Source of the DNA: Salisapilia sapeloensis CBS 127946
Taxonomy: Eukaryota > Protista > Oomycota
DNA length: 36,417 nt
Direction of reading: 5' to 3'
NCBI GenBank assembly: GCA_023334545.1
Contig: JAADVB010000198.1
Span: forward strand, 1-36,417
Part shown: piece after piece, positions 8,859 to 19,334 of the stretch
Position numbering within the stretch: the first letter of the stretch is position 1
Layout: every line of letters starts with the position of its first letter
Position numbers and translations under genes: made by a program
The notes under the pieces: generated by a model
What the model was told of the DNA's origin: nothing
What the model saw: only the letters and a program-made list of their open reading frames with translations
Databases searched by the model: none

Positions 8859-10227
8859 ATTCACGCGAGTGAGCTCGGGCAATCTAAACGCCGAGTCGAG
8901 TGTATGGGATATTAGCAATCTATGCAATCGCGAATGAAAGTCTTGAAGTGTGCAGTCTACAAACAATGATGCCTCGCTGCCATCTGAAGTGCAACTAACC
9001 ATGTGAGTCACCACGGACACTTTCGTTGGCCGGTGGAAATGATTTGAAAGGCGCTATCCATTCAGAAGCCCGCGAGTTCATGTAGACGACAAGTACGTGG
9101 ACATGCAGATGCGACAGATGAGAGGACCATAATCAGTGGCGACGATCTGGTCTATGGAAAACGAGGTCGGTATGCGAGGCTATAGAATTCGCAAGTATCA
9201 CCTCGAGATGCGTGTAGCTGACACAGGTATCATCCGTGGTATGCAGCGATGTCAAAAATATATGCTCAACGTTACTGCCTTTCATCGAAGCCAGTAGAGT
9301 ATTGCTATCATGCAAATTACCTACATTCCGCAAAGCTTTGCTTTTTGCTGCGCGCAGATGCCTTAGCAGAGCAATTGGTGGTATCAGGACGCAAACACGC
9401 TTCGATAGCTACATCGAATGAACCCACCTATTTTAATACACTTACTTTCTATTTTCCATAATTAAAAGTAACCCTCTTTTTCCATTCCAATATCCTGTAC
9501 GCCTTCTAAGTCTTCGACATTGAATGAAAGCACTGCGTTGCCGATCTTAATCGCGCTCTTGTTTACAAACGCTGCACAGAAAACTGGATATTCGCGTGAT
9601 CAAAGTTGGTCACCGGCGAACGATTACAAATAAAGCGTTCCCATTCCCTACACGTGTCTCCCGTGCATTCAGAATGTGCTTGCATGCGACGTTTGTACGA
9701 CTTTGAGCTTGAAATAGCAAAGGATCCTTCATTCAGGAGTTAGTTTGACGGGAACCCAGACAACGGCACCAAGTTACTGTATGACACATGACACGTTGTA
9801 CACGAGCCTAAATAACACGGGAATAAATCAATTTCATCCCACTGGCGTCATTGCCCCATTTTCAAAGCTGGGTCTTCTGCTACGCAAGAGGACGAGTTCA
9901 AGGTATAAAGCTTCGTATAGGATCGTGTTGATACAAAGTATATCAGTACACGCTTTCGTGCATTTGTGTTGCTCAATGGGATTTTCTCGTCGTTGGTCAA
10001 GGGCTCTAAGATGGGATCGCCGATCGCAAAACACTTCAAAAGCACAGTCGTCTTCACAATGAAACAATAGAACTAGCAACTCCTTCCAAATCTTTAACTA
10101 TTATTTATAGCGAATTTGCCATATCCACCTGGTATGACATCCAGCAAGTGGTTTCCACATCAACCAAAACATCACATCCAACTAGAATCTACTAGATACG
10201 CCTTATTTTCACTCAAGTCGAGTCCAC

Positions 10228-10296
10228 TGACAAACCCTATCAAGTGGTGACAAACCATTCCTATCGCTGACAAACCCTCAGTGCTGTTGACAAACC
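10228..10296 (+). repeat. Four TGACAAACC motifs at exact 20-bp spacing (degenerate 20-bp tandem array)
   Basis: TGACAAACC at 10228, 10248, 10268 and 10288, separated by 11-bp spacers ctatcaagtgg, attcctatcgc and ctcagtgctgt. Confidence 0.92.
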
Positions 10297-10322
10297 TACC
10301 AACTCGTGCGCAGTGGCTCTGC

Positions 10323-10349
10323 TATTTATATATATATATATTTATATTT
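10323..10349. repeat. AT-only tract with (TA)7 microsatellite
   Basis: TATTTATATATATATATATTTATATTT, about 90 bp upstream of ATG 10442. Confidence 0.85.
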
Positions 10350-10441
10350 CGGACCAAAGGTTATATCAACACAAATAAACATCATAATTCGATACAACAG
10401 ACTTACGTGCTTCGACATCACAATCTCCGAGTCCAGCACAC

Positions 10442-12433
10442 ATGAGTGCCGAGTCCGAGCCGCCTGCAGTGTCCTACTCTGGGCAGGATGCCTTCGAGGC
10501 ATGCGCAAATGGCGATTTCCCACTAGTAGTCCTCTTGTGGGGTATGGCACTGCCCATGAACCAAAACTTGCTCACGATACGCGATGACGCTGGCAATAAC
10601 CTATTGCATTATTCCGCCAGCACAAGCGTCGATCACGTTGATACCATCCACTTTCTCCTGCAGCAACTTCACATGCAACAGCAAGCAAGTGGCAGCAGCA
10701 GCCCACCCATCCTATCTGTCGACGAAACGAATGAAGCAGGCGAAACACCTTCCATGTATTATATTCCGATTCGATCATTTTTCCGTATTGTCCTCATATA
10801 GGATTTTGTGACTCTAGTCGAGCAGCTCATGCAGGCAACTTGAGAGTACTGGATTGCCTCCTACGAACAGGCAGAGCTGATCCGTTCATCCGAGACAAGA
10901 ACGGCGACAATGTGTTCACACATGCAGCAGCGCAAGGCCATCTACCGGTCTTACAGTATCTGTATACGACAGTGGCGACCGTAGATAATACAGATGCAGT
11001 CATCGCCAAGCAAGAGCTCATGCTCCAGCATGCATGCATGAGTCAGAACAAGGCTCTAGTGTATTATTTAGTCCATATGCAGCACATCGACCCAAACAAG
11101 AAAGCCTCCAACGGCATTTCGAGCGTAGAACTAGTGGACCAGCTACATCTCGAATGGCCCCTATCCTTCTTTTCATCTTCTAAACAAAAAGTCGAGGTGC
11201 GTTTGCTACGTTATAGGCCAAGGACAAACCCATGAGACTGACTGTGTGCTGTAGACGCTAACAGAGATCCGACAGACACGCCCGACAGTGCTCTTGACTG
11301 TCAGTCTTCCGTTCTTCATCATTCTTAGCTTTTCCTATTATCTGCCGTGGTACATTGCTCTCCCTCTCCTCGTCCTCATCCTCTCCCTGTCCCTCTACAG
11401 TTTCCGTCAAGGAGGCCATCACCATCCAAATAGCTCCAAGCCAGCCAATATCCATGCATCCAAGCGGAATACAAAGGTCCACACAGAAGTGTCATTAGTC
11501 GACCCTGCGTCCGTCCAACCTTCTCCACCTCTTTCATGGATGCAGCAGACGAAACGTAGGCTCAAGTCAGCCCCGGAGATCCCAGTCGGCGTCTGGAGTG
11601 GGTGGATGTTTCTCTTCACTGCTTTCTACCTAGTTGTTTGTCTGGATGATGACTATGCAGACGTACGTGACTTGTGGATGGGCTACCTCATCGCACTTGG
11701 CATACTAGAAGGCATCTTCCTCCTCGTGTGGATACGATTGTGCTTTTACAGTGATCCTGGTATCATCCGGACATTCCCATCCGACTTTACACGCATCCTC
11801 CATCAGATCGAACAGGGCACATCCATCGACTACGACCGTGTCTGTCGCACCTGCTACGTCTTCCGTCCTGTACGTAGCAAGCACTGCTCCCAATGCAACG
11901 TCTGCATCGGCCGACTGGACCATCACTGCGTCTGGATAAACCGCTGCGTCGGTGTCGGCAACCACGTCCTCTTCCTCTTGTTCCTCTTCCTCCATATGAT
12001 CGTTCTCGCTGCATACATCGTCCTAGTCGTCGTCTGCATGTATCACCTTTTCGATACGAAAGTCATGGACATCGGATGGCAGAGTGTATGGAATAACATC
12101 CCGTGGGTCTTCTCCAGTCACCTAGAAGTCCTAGTCGTCGGTGTCTGGTCCTGCATCGCCTTATGTGGTCTCGCTATCCTGACATACCAACAAGTACGCA
12201 ACATCTGTACGAACATGACGGTGAATGAACAGATGAACTGGAGACGGTATGCGTACATGAAAGACGAGAACGGAGCGTTTAACAATACCATGGACAAGGG
12301 CTGTCGGCGCAACGTTCAAGAGTTTTTCGGAAGTGGCGATGGATACGTCACTGTTGGTGGAAATGGGAGGACGGAGGAATCAAAAGCGTCGGGGGATGGA
12401 GAGAAAGGAGCGGATAGTGCAGACGTTGTGTAG
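10442..12433 (+). CDS. Ankyrin-repeat DHHC protein S-acyltransferase (Akr1/ZDHHC17/TIP1-like architecture), about 623 aa, 3 exons
   Basis: Exons 10442-10755, 10818-11196 and 11255-12433 (62- and 58-bp GT-AG introns; total 1872 nt, in frame). Ankyrin motifs GNNLLHYSA, GETPSIRAAHAGN, GDNVFTHAAAQGH; DHHC-CRD CRTCYVFRPVRSKHCSQCNVCIGRLDHHCVWINRCVG; flanking TM helices; C-terminal NMTVNE. Confidence 0.93.
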
Positions 12434-12510
12434 GTAGCTTGCTGCAACATTTGTAAAACAAAGACGAGGTGGTTCTAGTCAAGCGTCTACTTGACACTTA
12501 TTCCTTGAGC

Positions 12511-13554
12511 TTACGCCAGACACTTTTCTAATCCTTGTCTCAACTCGAGTTCGTCTAATCCAGTGCCGATGAATACAATCTTGGACACTTGTTCCGTCTC
12601 CAATGGCTCCTTGGATGCATACACTTCGAACAACTCTTGCACGGCCTGTACGATAAACTTGTTGTCTTCTCCGTCAATCACGACGACACCTTTGATCCGG
12701 AATAGTTGCATCGCCTCCTCTTCTTCCCACAAGAGCGTTCCCAACCACCTTTCCAACGCATCCTGATCCAACTTGCCTGTCACTTGCACACAAGTCGTCT
12801 GCACCTGTCCTGTATGCGTGTGATTACACTCGTCCGAGCAGTTCGAATGGTCTGTTTGTCCATGTAAATCTGCTTCTACCTCCTCTGCTCTTTCGCTCGT
12901 GAACGCTCGGATTTCTAAAATGTCATCCAAATCAACTCTTCCTCGCTCCGTCCATCGACAGGTAGCCAAGGCATTCACCTGTTTAATTGCACTCTCCACC
13001 TGTCCTCGCTCCTCTTCACTATCGACCAAATCTTTCTTATTCAAGAGAATACGATCAGCGTATGCTACTTGCGCATTCGCTTCTTTCATCGTGGACGAGC
13101 GTGTGAGTTGGTTCTGGATGTTGTGACTGTCCACGAGTGTTACGATGCCATCCAGGTACAGTCTGCCTTCCAATTCAGCATCGACCCAAAAGGTAGCTGC
13201 GACTTTCCCAGGGTCTGCCATGCCAGTCGTCTCCACCAGAATGTAGTCAAACTTGTCTCGACGTTGTAAGAGACGTTCCAAGGTTTCCACCAGGTCATCA
13301 CGAACAGAGCAGCAGACACAGCCATTGCTGAGAGCGTAGAATCCGTCTAGGACATCACCGTCTGCTGCGTCTTTCGCCACAAGACTTTCGACGCCGACTT
13401 CATCGCCAAATTCGTTCTCAATGACAGCGATACGACGTCCGTGGTTTTCAGACAGGATATAATTGAGCAATGTGGTTTTACCGGAGCCTAAGAATCCGGA
13501 TAAAATCGTCACAGGTACTGCGGAAGAAGGCATACTAGTCGTCGAATCATCCAT
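12511..13554 (-). CDS. COG0523 / CobW-family G3E GTPase metallochaperone (ZNG1/CBWD-like)
   Basis: Walker A GFLGSGKTT, IENEFG, metal-binding GCVCC, ETTG, NKKD, and a CobW_C domain (LFRIKGVV). The first ATG is at 13554; the ORF-track start at 13560 is GTG. Confidence 0.93.
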   Translation of the reverse strand: MDDSTTSMPSSAVPVTILSGFLGSGKTTLLNYILSENHGRRIAVIENEFGDEVGVESLVAKDAADGDVLDGFYALSNGCVCCSVRDDLVETLERLLQRRDKFDYILVETTGMADPGKVAATFWVDAELEGRLYLDGIVTLVDSHNIQNQLTRSSTMKEANAQVAYADRILLNKKDLVDSEEERGQVESAIKQVNALATCRWTERGRVDLDDILEIRAFTSERAEEVEADLHGQTDHSNCSDECNHTHTGQVQTTCVQVTGKLDQDALERWLGTLLWEEEEAMQLFRIKGVVVIDGEDNKFIVQAVQELFEVYASKEPLETEQVSKIVFIGTGLDELELRQGLEKCLA

Positions 13555-13719
13555 TCTCACGGTATTTTTTCAAAATGAAAATTATTGTTACCAGGTGATT
13601 ACGGAATCAGTTATAGGAGATGAAGCTATACTATAGCTATAATCGTTACATTATACTTGATGTAGTAGAAAGCTATATTTACTATCTCTCGCCTCCACCT
13701 CTTGGAAAACAAGTGAAGA
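13555..13719. promoter_or_regulatory. Short bidirectional promoter with central palindrome TATAGCTATA
   Basis: 165 bp between divergent ATGs (13554 on -, 13720 on +). Palindrome at 13632-13641; AGCTATA at 13624, 13635 and 13671. Confidence 0.5.
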
Positions 13720-16704
13720 ATGGAATGGATGCACCATCGATTTTGGTGTGATCAAGTAATTCGCGTTTGCACATTGTCTGCTTCTCAAGTTCAACTAGAG
13801 GTATGCCTCCTGAGATCATGTAGCACTTAAGCAGGATGCTTAGTACTCGGAATTAACATTATGCTATGCACAGCACGACTTTAGCTACTTTTATTTCCGC
13901 GCGAATACGCTCATTGTTATTCGTAATGAGGTGCGTTGACAGAAATTTGAATTAATACCTTCGTCCAGCTAAAGGGCTCCGTTAACTCATCATCAAATAG
14001 ATCCGCAAGCAATGGGAGATTATATTCTCTAGTCGTAAGCACCAAATTGATGAAAGCATACTACTTCATGCAATCGACGCAGTAGAAGTCTATAAACCCC
14101 ATTTAAAAGCGCTGCTCACATATGCACAGCGATCTGGAAACCAACAAGATTCCGCACGCGATGTAGCAATAGTCTGTAGGCCACCACGTTTGCCCCACTT
14201 GTTCTCATGCAAATTACTTAGAGAAGCTCCAGATGAAGATGAACAGGATGAGTTTGTACAAATGCTGTCTAAAGAAATGGCCATGCTGCAGTTTGCTCTC
14301 GTATGGCTTCGATCCTTAATTGCTGAAAGCTGGAGTCTCCAAGCTTCTACTGACAATAGCATTCAAATGCTAAATTCAGCAGAAATCAAGTGGAAGATGG
14401 CAAATTCCAGCTTTCTCAACTTTACACGAAGCGAACGGGATCGTACAGACCACATGAAGGTTGGATTTTTGGAAGCATATTTTCGTTTGATGCTTATTAG
14501 CTTAAAAGTCTCAAGGCTATGTACGGAAATACTGACAATATATTACGTAAAATGGAACTCACCTAACATTGCTGATTAGGTAGATCACAGCGACTTGCCC
14601 CCTGAGAAGAAATATTGCCTTTGCTCTGCGTACTCGCGACGAGCAATCACCGTGTGCACAGAACTAGTAAAGGTATCTGCACAGCAAAAGTTTTATTGCA
14701 AGGAAGAAGTTATATGGTTATTTCAAGATTACACTGTCCGCTGGAAGACAGTGTTTTATACTTCTGAAATGCACATATACAACTTACGCAACTACTCTCG
14801 TACATCCACAATGCTTTGATATTATTCACTAACATGTAATTAATCTCACTACAATAGACATTGCGCACGAGTACAACAAAAAAGCTTCGAGCTTGGTGCT
14901 AGCACCACTTACTGAAAATAACCATAGGCGAGATGATGCCTATTACACGCAGATTCGACAAGAACTACGGCTCCTTCATCAAATGCATCTGACCTCATTA
15001 TTGGATGAAAAGCAACGCCTACTTTCTGTCGCATTTCCACAGACCTCATCAAAGTCATCAATTTCGAAAGGGGTAGACGTAAACTTGCCACAAGAGATAC
15101 AACCGTTATATACGATTAGCGTGGTCGACAATTTTCACTATGAATCGGATGGAGTATCTGATGAGGAATATTTTTCAATCAACGCCTTAGTTGAAGCCAT
15201 TTCCGGAAATGTAAATGTCTATATGGAAGAACAAGCAGTTGTGTCTACTGAAGTGCAAGCTAAATTAAAGGATGCCAAATACTTATCTGATCACTCTTAT
15301 CCACAACATGATGATACGAATAAAAGCAGAAGAGGTCATGCTGTCAGTCGACCTGTGAGTGCTGATTCCCGGCTTGGGACCAAGAAAGTAGCAATAACAA
15401 ATCGACCGTCTAGTGCCCATCCATCCTCTCAGTCCAAGTACAGAAATCCCAGTTTGAAGGACGAGACTTTCGATGATTACTTTGGCGAATCTAATGAAGG
15501 ATCTACACAACAAAGACGAAAACCATCGAGTACATCACCTACGTGGATAGCGATTCATATGCAATGCGCTTTGTGTGAAGTTCGAATGCCTCGATCTAGT
15601 CTACTCGCACGCGTAGTAAGAAAGCGAATTGTTGATTTACGGAAACAGTGGGGAGTAGTCTTGAATAGCTCAAAGCGGTTCAAAGTAGCATCAGCGATGT
15701 ATGATACTGTCCATGTTTGTTTGATGTGTGAAGCAATTTTGAAAGCATACACAGAAGAGCAATTTGTGAAGGAGAGGGCACGTGTCGGCAAGCAATTATG
15801 TCAAAGCACAAGCCATGCGAGATTGTCTTCATCAGACAGTGATGACGTCGGTAAGATGATCCATGCGTCCATCATCCGCTACAGCAAGAATGCTTCGATT
15901 CAGTCAGTGACAGCAGATCAAAAAAATTATAAAGAAGTTACAGCCGGTAAGCGAGCAAGACAATCTTCTACAATGAGAGGATACGATGCTCGTAATGCAA
16001 TTCAAAACGATGCTGTTCGGCCATCACATACAAAAGAAGAAAAGCAACCATGGTGGGAAGTTGATTTAGGGAATTATTTTGTCATTAACAGTGTCAGAGT
16101 TCATGTTCGAGAGCCAAGTGTGATGAACGAGGATAATCGCGACATCGTTGAACGAGAGATGTACCCCATATACATCATTTTGTCGATGAAATCGGGCATA
16201 GGAAGGGATTTAGACGACATTCTCGCGGGTAGTATCACTTATCAAGAATTTGAAAGACAATCGTCACCTACTATCGTATGGTCACTACCTCCAAATGCAC
16301 GAGGCCGTTTCATACGTATTCAAGTCGCTGGATTTAGCGCATTGCACTTAGAGTACGTGAATGCTTTCATAGAAAAGATAAGCGTAGAAGAGCGGCAGCA
16401 GCGCCAACAAAAGGTGAAGCATCAGTTAAAACGAGCGGCATTTAGAGCAACTTTAGTGACAGGGTCATGTACCAAAGCAAAAACTGATACCCCTGAAGTC
16501 AAAAGTCAAAAGAGTCCTCGAGAACCAATGGTCTCAGCCTTTTTAGACCCTGAGAAAGCCGAGAAAAAGCGAATGTCTCGGCTATATGCAAAGTTTAAGG
16601 GGCTGTTAGAAGCTAGAGCGCAGCATTACGTAGTGAAAGATGATCAGAACGACGACGGTACAGACAAACAAGTAACAGTGTCCATAGATGAGTATATTGG
16701 ATAG
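13720..16704 (+). CDS. Uncharacterised protein of about 897 aa with a CxxC..CxxC motif and an F5/8 type C / galactose-binding-like domain; 5 exons
   Basis: Manual model 13720-13800, 13844-13930, 14001-14459, 14580-14799, 14858-16704 (2694 nt, in frame; all GT-AG). The 120-bp intron 14460-14579 could hide a micro-exon. Motifs: CALC..VVRKRIVDLRKQWG..VCLMC; QPWWEVDLG..INSVRV..ARGRFIRIQ. Confidence 0.7.
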
Positions 16705-16729
16705 GAGAATCGACATGGATGAACAAGAA

Positions 16730-18928
16730 CTAGAACTCGATAGAGCTGCTCGAACTTTGACTGGCGGACCGATCAACAAGATTTTGTCCTAGTGGTTGGT
16801 ATCGTAACAAGGTTAGCGTTCGGATATTTTCCATCACATCGTCCAACTTGCCTTCCATTTTCTGAACTCGACCTATAATCTCTTGATATTGATGACTGCC
16901 TTGTGTCTGTTGCGGTGGACTGCGTGGAATTTGCGACAAACGTTCTTTGAACGAAGTTAAAGGGGATGCCGATCGAAGTAAGCAACTATCGACCATCGAG
17001 TATAGCGGGCGTGACTTTCGCATCTGTTTGTCTTGGAAGCCTCTTTCTCCATCTAGTTCTTGGTCAACTATCGACGAAGGTGGATACAAGTTCATCCACC
17101 CATCCAACAAGTACTTCATTGTTGCATCTGCTTCATCTTGACTAACCATCGAAGCGCCGAAGATACGGGTCAGCTCGAAGCTATCGACGAAGTCGGTTTC
17201 TTCATTCGATGGGAACGACATTAAAGCTGCTTCGAGCACATCCGGACGTACGATACCGTCACAGGTCAAGTGTCCTCTGCTTACATTGTGGGCGTGAGCG
17301 ATCGACGTAACGGTGCTGTCTAAAGGCTGGTGCCCAACCAATGTATCTAGCTTCCTTTTGGATGTATGCTTTCTCCAGTCACTAATTTTCATCCTCAAAC
17401 ACCTCAACGCATTCTGCAATACTCGCCGACTGGAGAAAGATGGAATGACGCGACTGTAGACTTCATTGATTACATCGGTGTATGCATCGAGAACAATTGC
17501 CAACATCATGTTGAGCAGTAGGAGGCTTACAATGACCATGAACGACCAGTAGTACAATGTACCTAGCGGAGGATATACGTTTTGTAATATAGCATAGTCA
17601 AAATCGCCCAGTAGCATTCCAACACAAGTTTCCACGGTGCGGCCTAGAGATGCAAACTCTCGGACGCGATGTCCAAACAAGAGACAACCAGAGGTAGTAA
17701 AAACGAGGAAGATTACCACAAAGGTAATCACAAATGCTCCAAGCCGTTCAAATGTCTTACTCAGAGTCCGGGCAATGAGGTTGAGCTTCGGATGAAAGCT
17801 AAAGCGATGAAGTACCGTAATTCCAAAAGCGACAACAGTCGCCATTCCAATCACACGCAAGAGTACCATCCGTTTTGCGACAGAATGTAAGGTATTAGTG
17901 ACTGAAACTAAGCTCAGCTCTTCATCTGAATCAACCTCAAAGGCTTTTCCTACTTGGGATAGATGAAGTAAGTCGCTTTGAAGTGTATTTGAAGCATACA
18001 GCGTCAAAACGACGGATGCCCATACGCTGTAAAAGATGGTCACGAACAAAATAGCGATGCAGTCCCCTACGACCCATCCATGTCGTTGCCCAAATCTTTT
18101 GCATTTGCAAAGATTACGAAGTGGCGTGCTGAATGTAACAAGACAAAGAATAATCACAATCGCGTCGAGTAAGAATACGGCGGTATGATCATACGGATCT
18201 GCTGGTATGGGAGTGACTGTCATAGACGGAGAAATACCCCCTCCGCGATCAAACGTGACTTCAAACTCGGTGACAGCGAAGCTTTTTAACTCTCCATTGT
18301 ATGTGACAACAACGATTTCAAGCTCTTGGGTAGCTTTTTGCAGCCAAGAACCATCCTTCTGAATCTTTTCAACCGCCTTTTGAGCATCCTCTAGTTTGCT
18401 ATCGAAACTTATATGAGCTTGGGCCACTCTCATATCATTCCTGTTGTAGCAGGAAGGATAAACAGATCGGAGATATTCTGGAGATTCACAGTCCATTGTC
18501 GCTCCAATGCTCCAAGACCGAAGATCAACGGCACCAAGCACCTTGTTAAAACTGGCAACCATTCCCCAATCTGAGGATGGTAACTCGTCACCATTGTACG
18601 TCTCGCTGATGAAGACTGAAGGAATGAGCGTATTGTTCATCCAAGTGAAGATGTCTGTGATAGAGCTAACTTCGTAAAAGTCGAATGGCTGAGTAGGCGA
18701 GCTAAACGATGATGATAGGGCATTGCTCGTTTCATTCAGGGCACTTGACGGGAAGTGAACGAATAGCATGACTGTGAAAAAGATAAAGCTGATCACTGGA
18801 ATTGGAAGACGCAATGTTTGGCGGAGGACTTCCCGATCATGGCGAAGAACTGAGCAAGCATCACCTCTTGACATCCGATCCACACCTCGACGTGATTCAT
18901 CATCCAATATTGGCATTGGGATATCCAT
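16730..18928 (-). CDS. Polycystin cation channel (PKD2/TRPP-like), 732 aa
   Basis: N-terminal TM, large extracellular TOP-like domain (W...TLIPS, N..LGAV.LR, W....T..L.I.VVTYNG), five further TMs, pore LLGDFDY, S6 LLNMMLAIVLDAY, and a C-terminal coiled coil. Confidence 0.92.
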   Translation of the reverse strand: MDIPMPILDDESRRGVDRMSRGDACSVLRHDREVLRQTLRLPIPVISFIFFTVMLFVHFPSSALNETSNALSSSFSSPTQPFDFYEVSSITDIFTWMNNTLIPSVFISETYNGDELPSSDWGMVASFNKVLGAVDLRSWSIGATMDCESPEYLRSVYPSCYNRNDMRVAQAHISFDSKLEDAQKAVEKIQKDGSWLQKATQELEIVVVTYNGELKSFAVTEFEVTFDRGGGISPSMTVTPIPADPYDHTAVFLLDAIVIILCLVTFSTPLRNLCKCKRFGQRHGWVVGDCIAILFVTIFYSVWASVVLTLYASNTLQSDLLHLSQVGKAFEVDSDEELSLVSVTNTLHSVAKRMVLLRVIGMATVVAFGITVLHRFSFHPKLNLIARTLSKTFERLGAFVITFVVIFLVFTTSGCLLFGHRVREFASLGRTVETCVGMLLGDFDYAILQNVYPPLGTLYYWSFMVIVSLLLLNMMLAIVLDAYTDVINEVYSRVIPSFSSRRVLQNALRCLRMKISDWRKHTSKRKLDTLVGHQPLDSTVTSIAHAHNVSRGHLTCDGIVRPDVLEAALMSFPSNEETDFVDSFELTRIFGASMVSQDEADATMKYLLDGWMNLYPPSSIVDQELDGERGFQDKQMRKSRPLYSMVDSCLLRSASPLTSFKERLSQIPRSPPQQTQGSHQYQEIIGRVQKMEGKLDDVMENIRTLTLLRYQPLGQNLVDRSASQSSSSSIEF

Positions 18929-19334
18929 CCTTTAGTAAAGCGTCGGTCGACGATGAATTCAAAAAAGTTACCGCGAGTAAAATTGAAATCTCTTAGAAGA
19001 GTCTACGACGCTTCCTAGCTAACTGGACTGCTGGTATGAGATATGACGTGCGGATACGTGAGACTTTGTATCTGAGAAGATAGTCTAACGTAATGCCTCG
19101 AAAGGGTGGCTCTAGCCTTTCCACAGTTTTATGTAGTAACTCAACAGCGTACCCTCAGAATGATAGAAGAAAGTCACTTCACGTAGTAGCATTACGTATC
19201 AGTTAATCTTTAGCGTTATACAAAGTCCCACACGTAGACGCAATCTCACGATCTTTGCTTCTTCCAGCAATGAACGAATCTATGTGATACTCGCATTTTG
19301 AGTTCACTAAAAAGAAGATTGCTATATGTAGGTC

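Noticed and set aside
9004-9010. AP-1-like TGAGTCA upstream of the bZIP (and TGACTCA at 20679) as regulatory sites
   Set aside because: A given 7-mer is expected about four times in 36 kb across both strands by chance, and this bZIP has a non-canonical basic region.
9133-9333. GNLHDSNTL resembling a PIF/Harbinger or IS5-type GxxHD motif
   Set aside because: No following DxGY motif, no long ORF and no terminal repeats, so it cannot be supported as a TE remnant.
5065-10050. Shared 14-mer AAAAGCACAGTCGT near 5065 and 10038 as a dispersed repeat
   Set aside because: A couple of 14-mer matches are expected by chance in a window of this size, and the flanks do not align consistently.
9834-10100. 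Minus-strand segment LKIWKELLVLLFHC...ILYEALYLELVLL as an exon of another hidden gene
   Set aside because: The composition is plausible, but the only upstream joining intron is 31 nt with a weak donor and no family is recognisable, so support is insufficient.
10228-10296. Repeat-spacer-repeat pattern read as a mini CRISPR array
   Set aside because: The repeats (9 bp) and spacers (11 bp) are far too short, the spacers resemble each other, there are no cas genes, and the context is eukaryotic.
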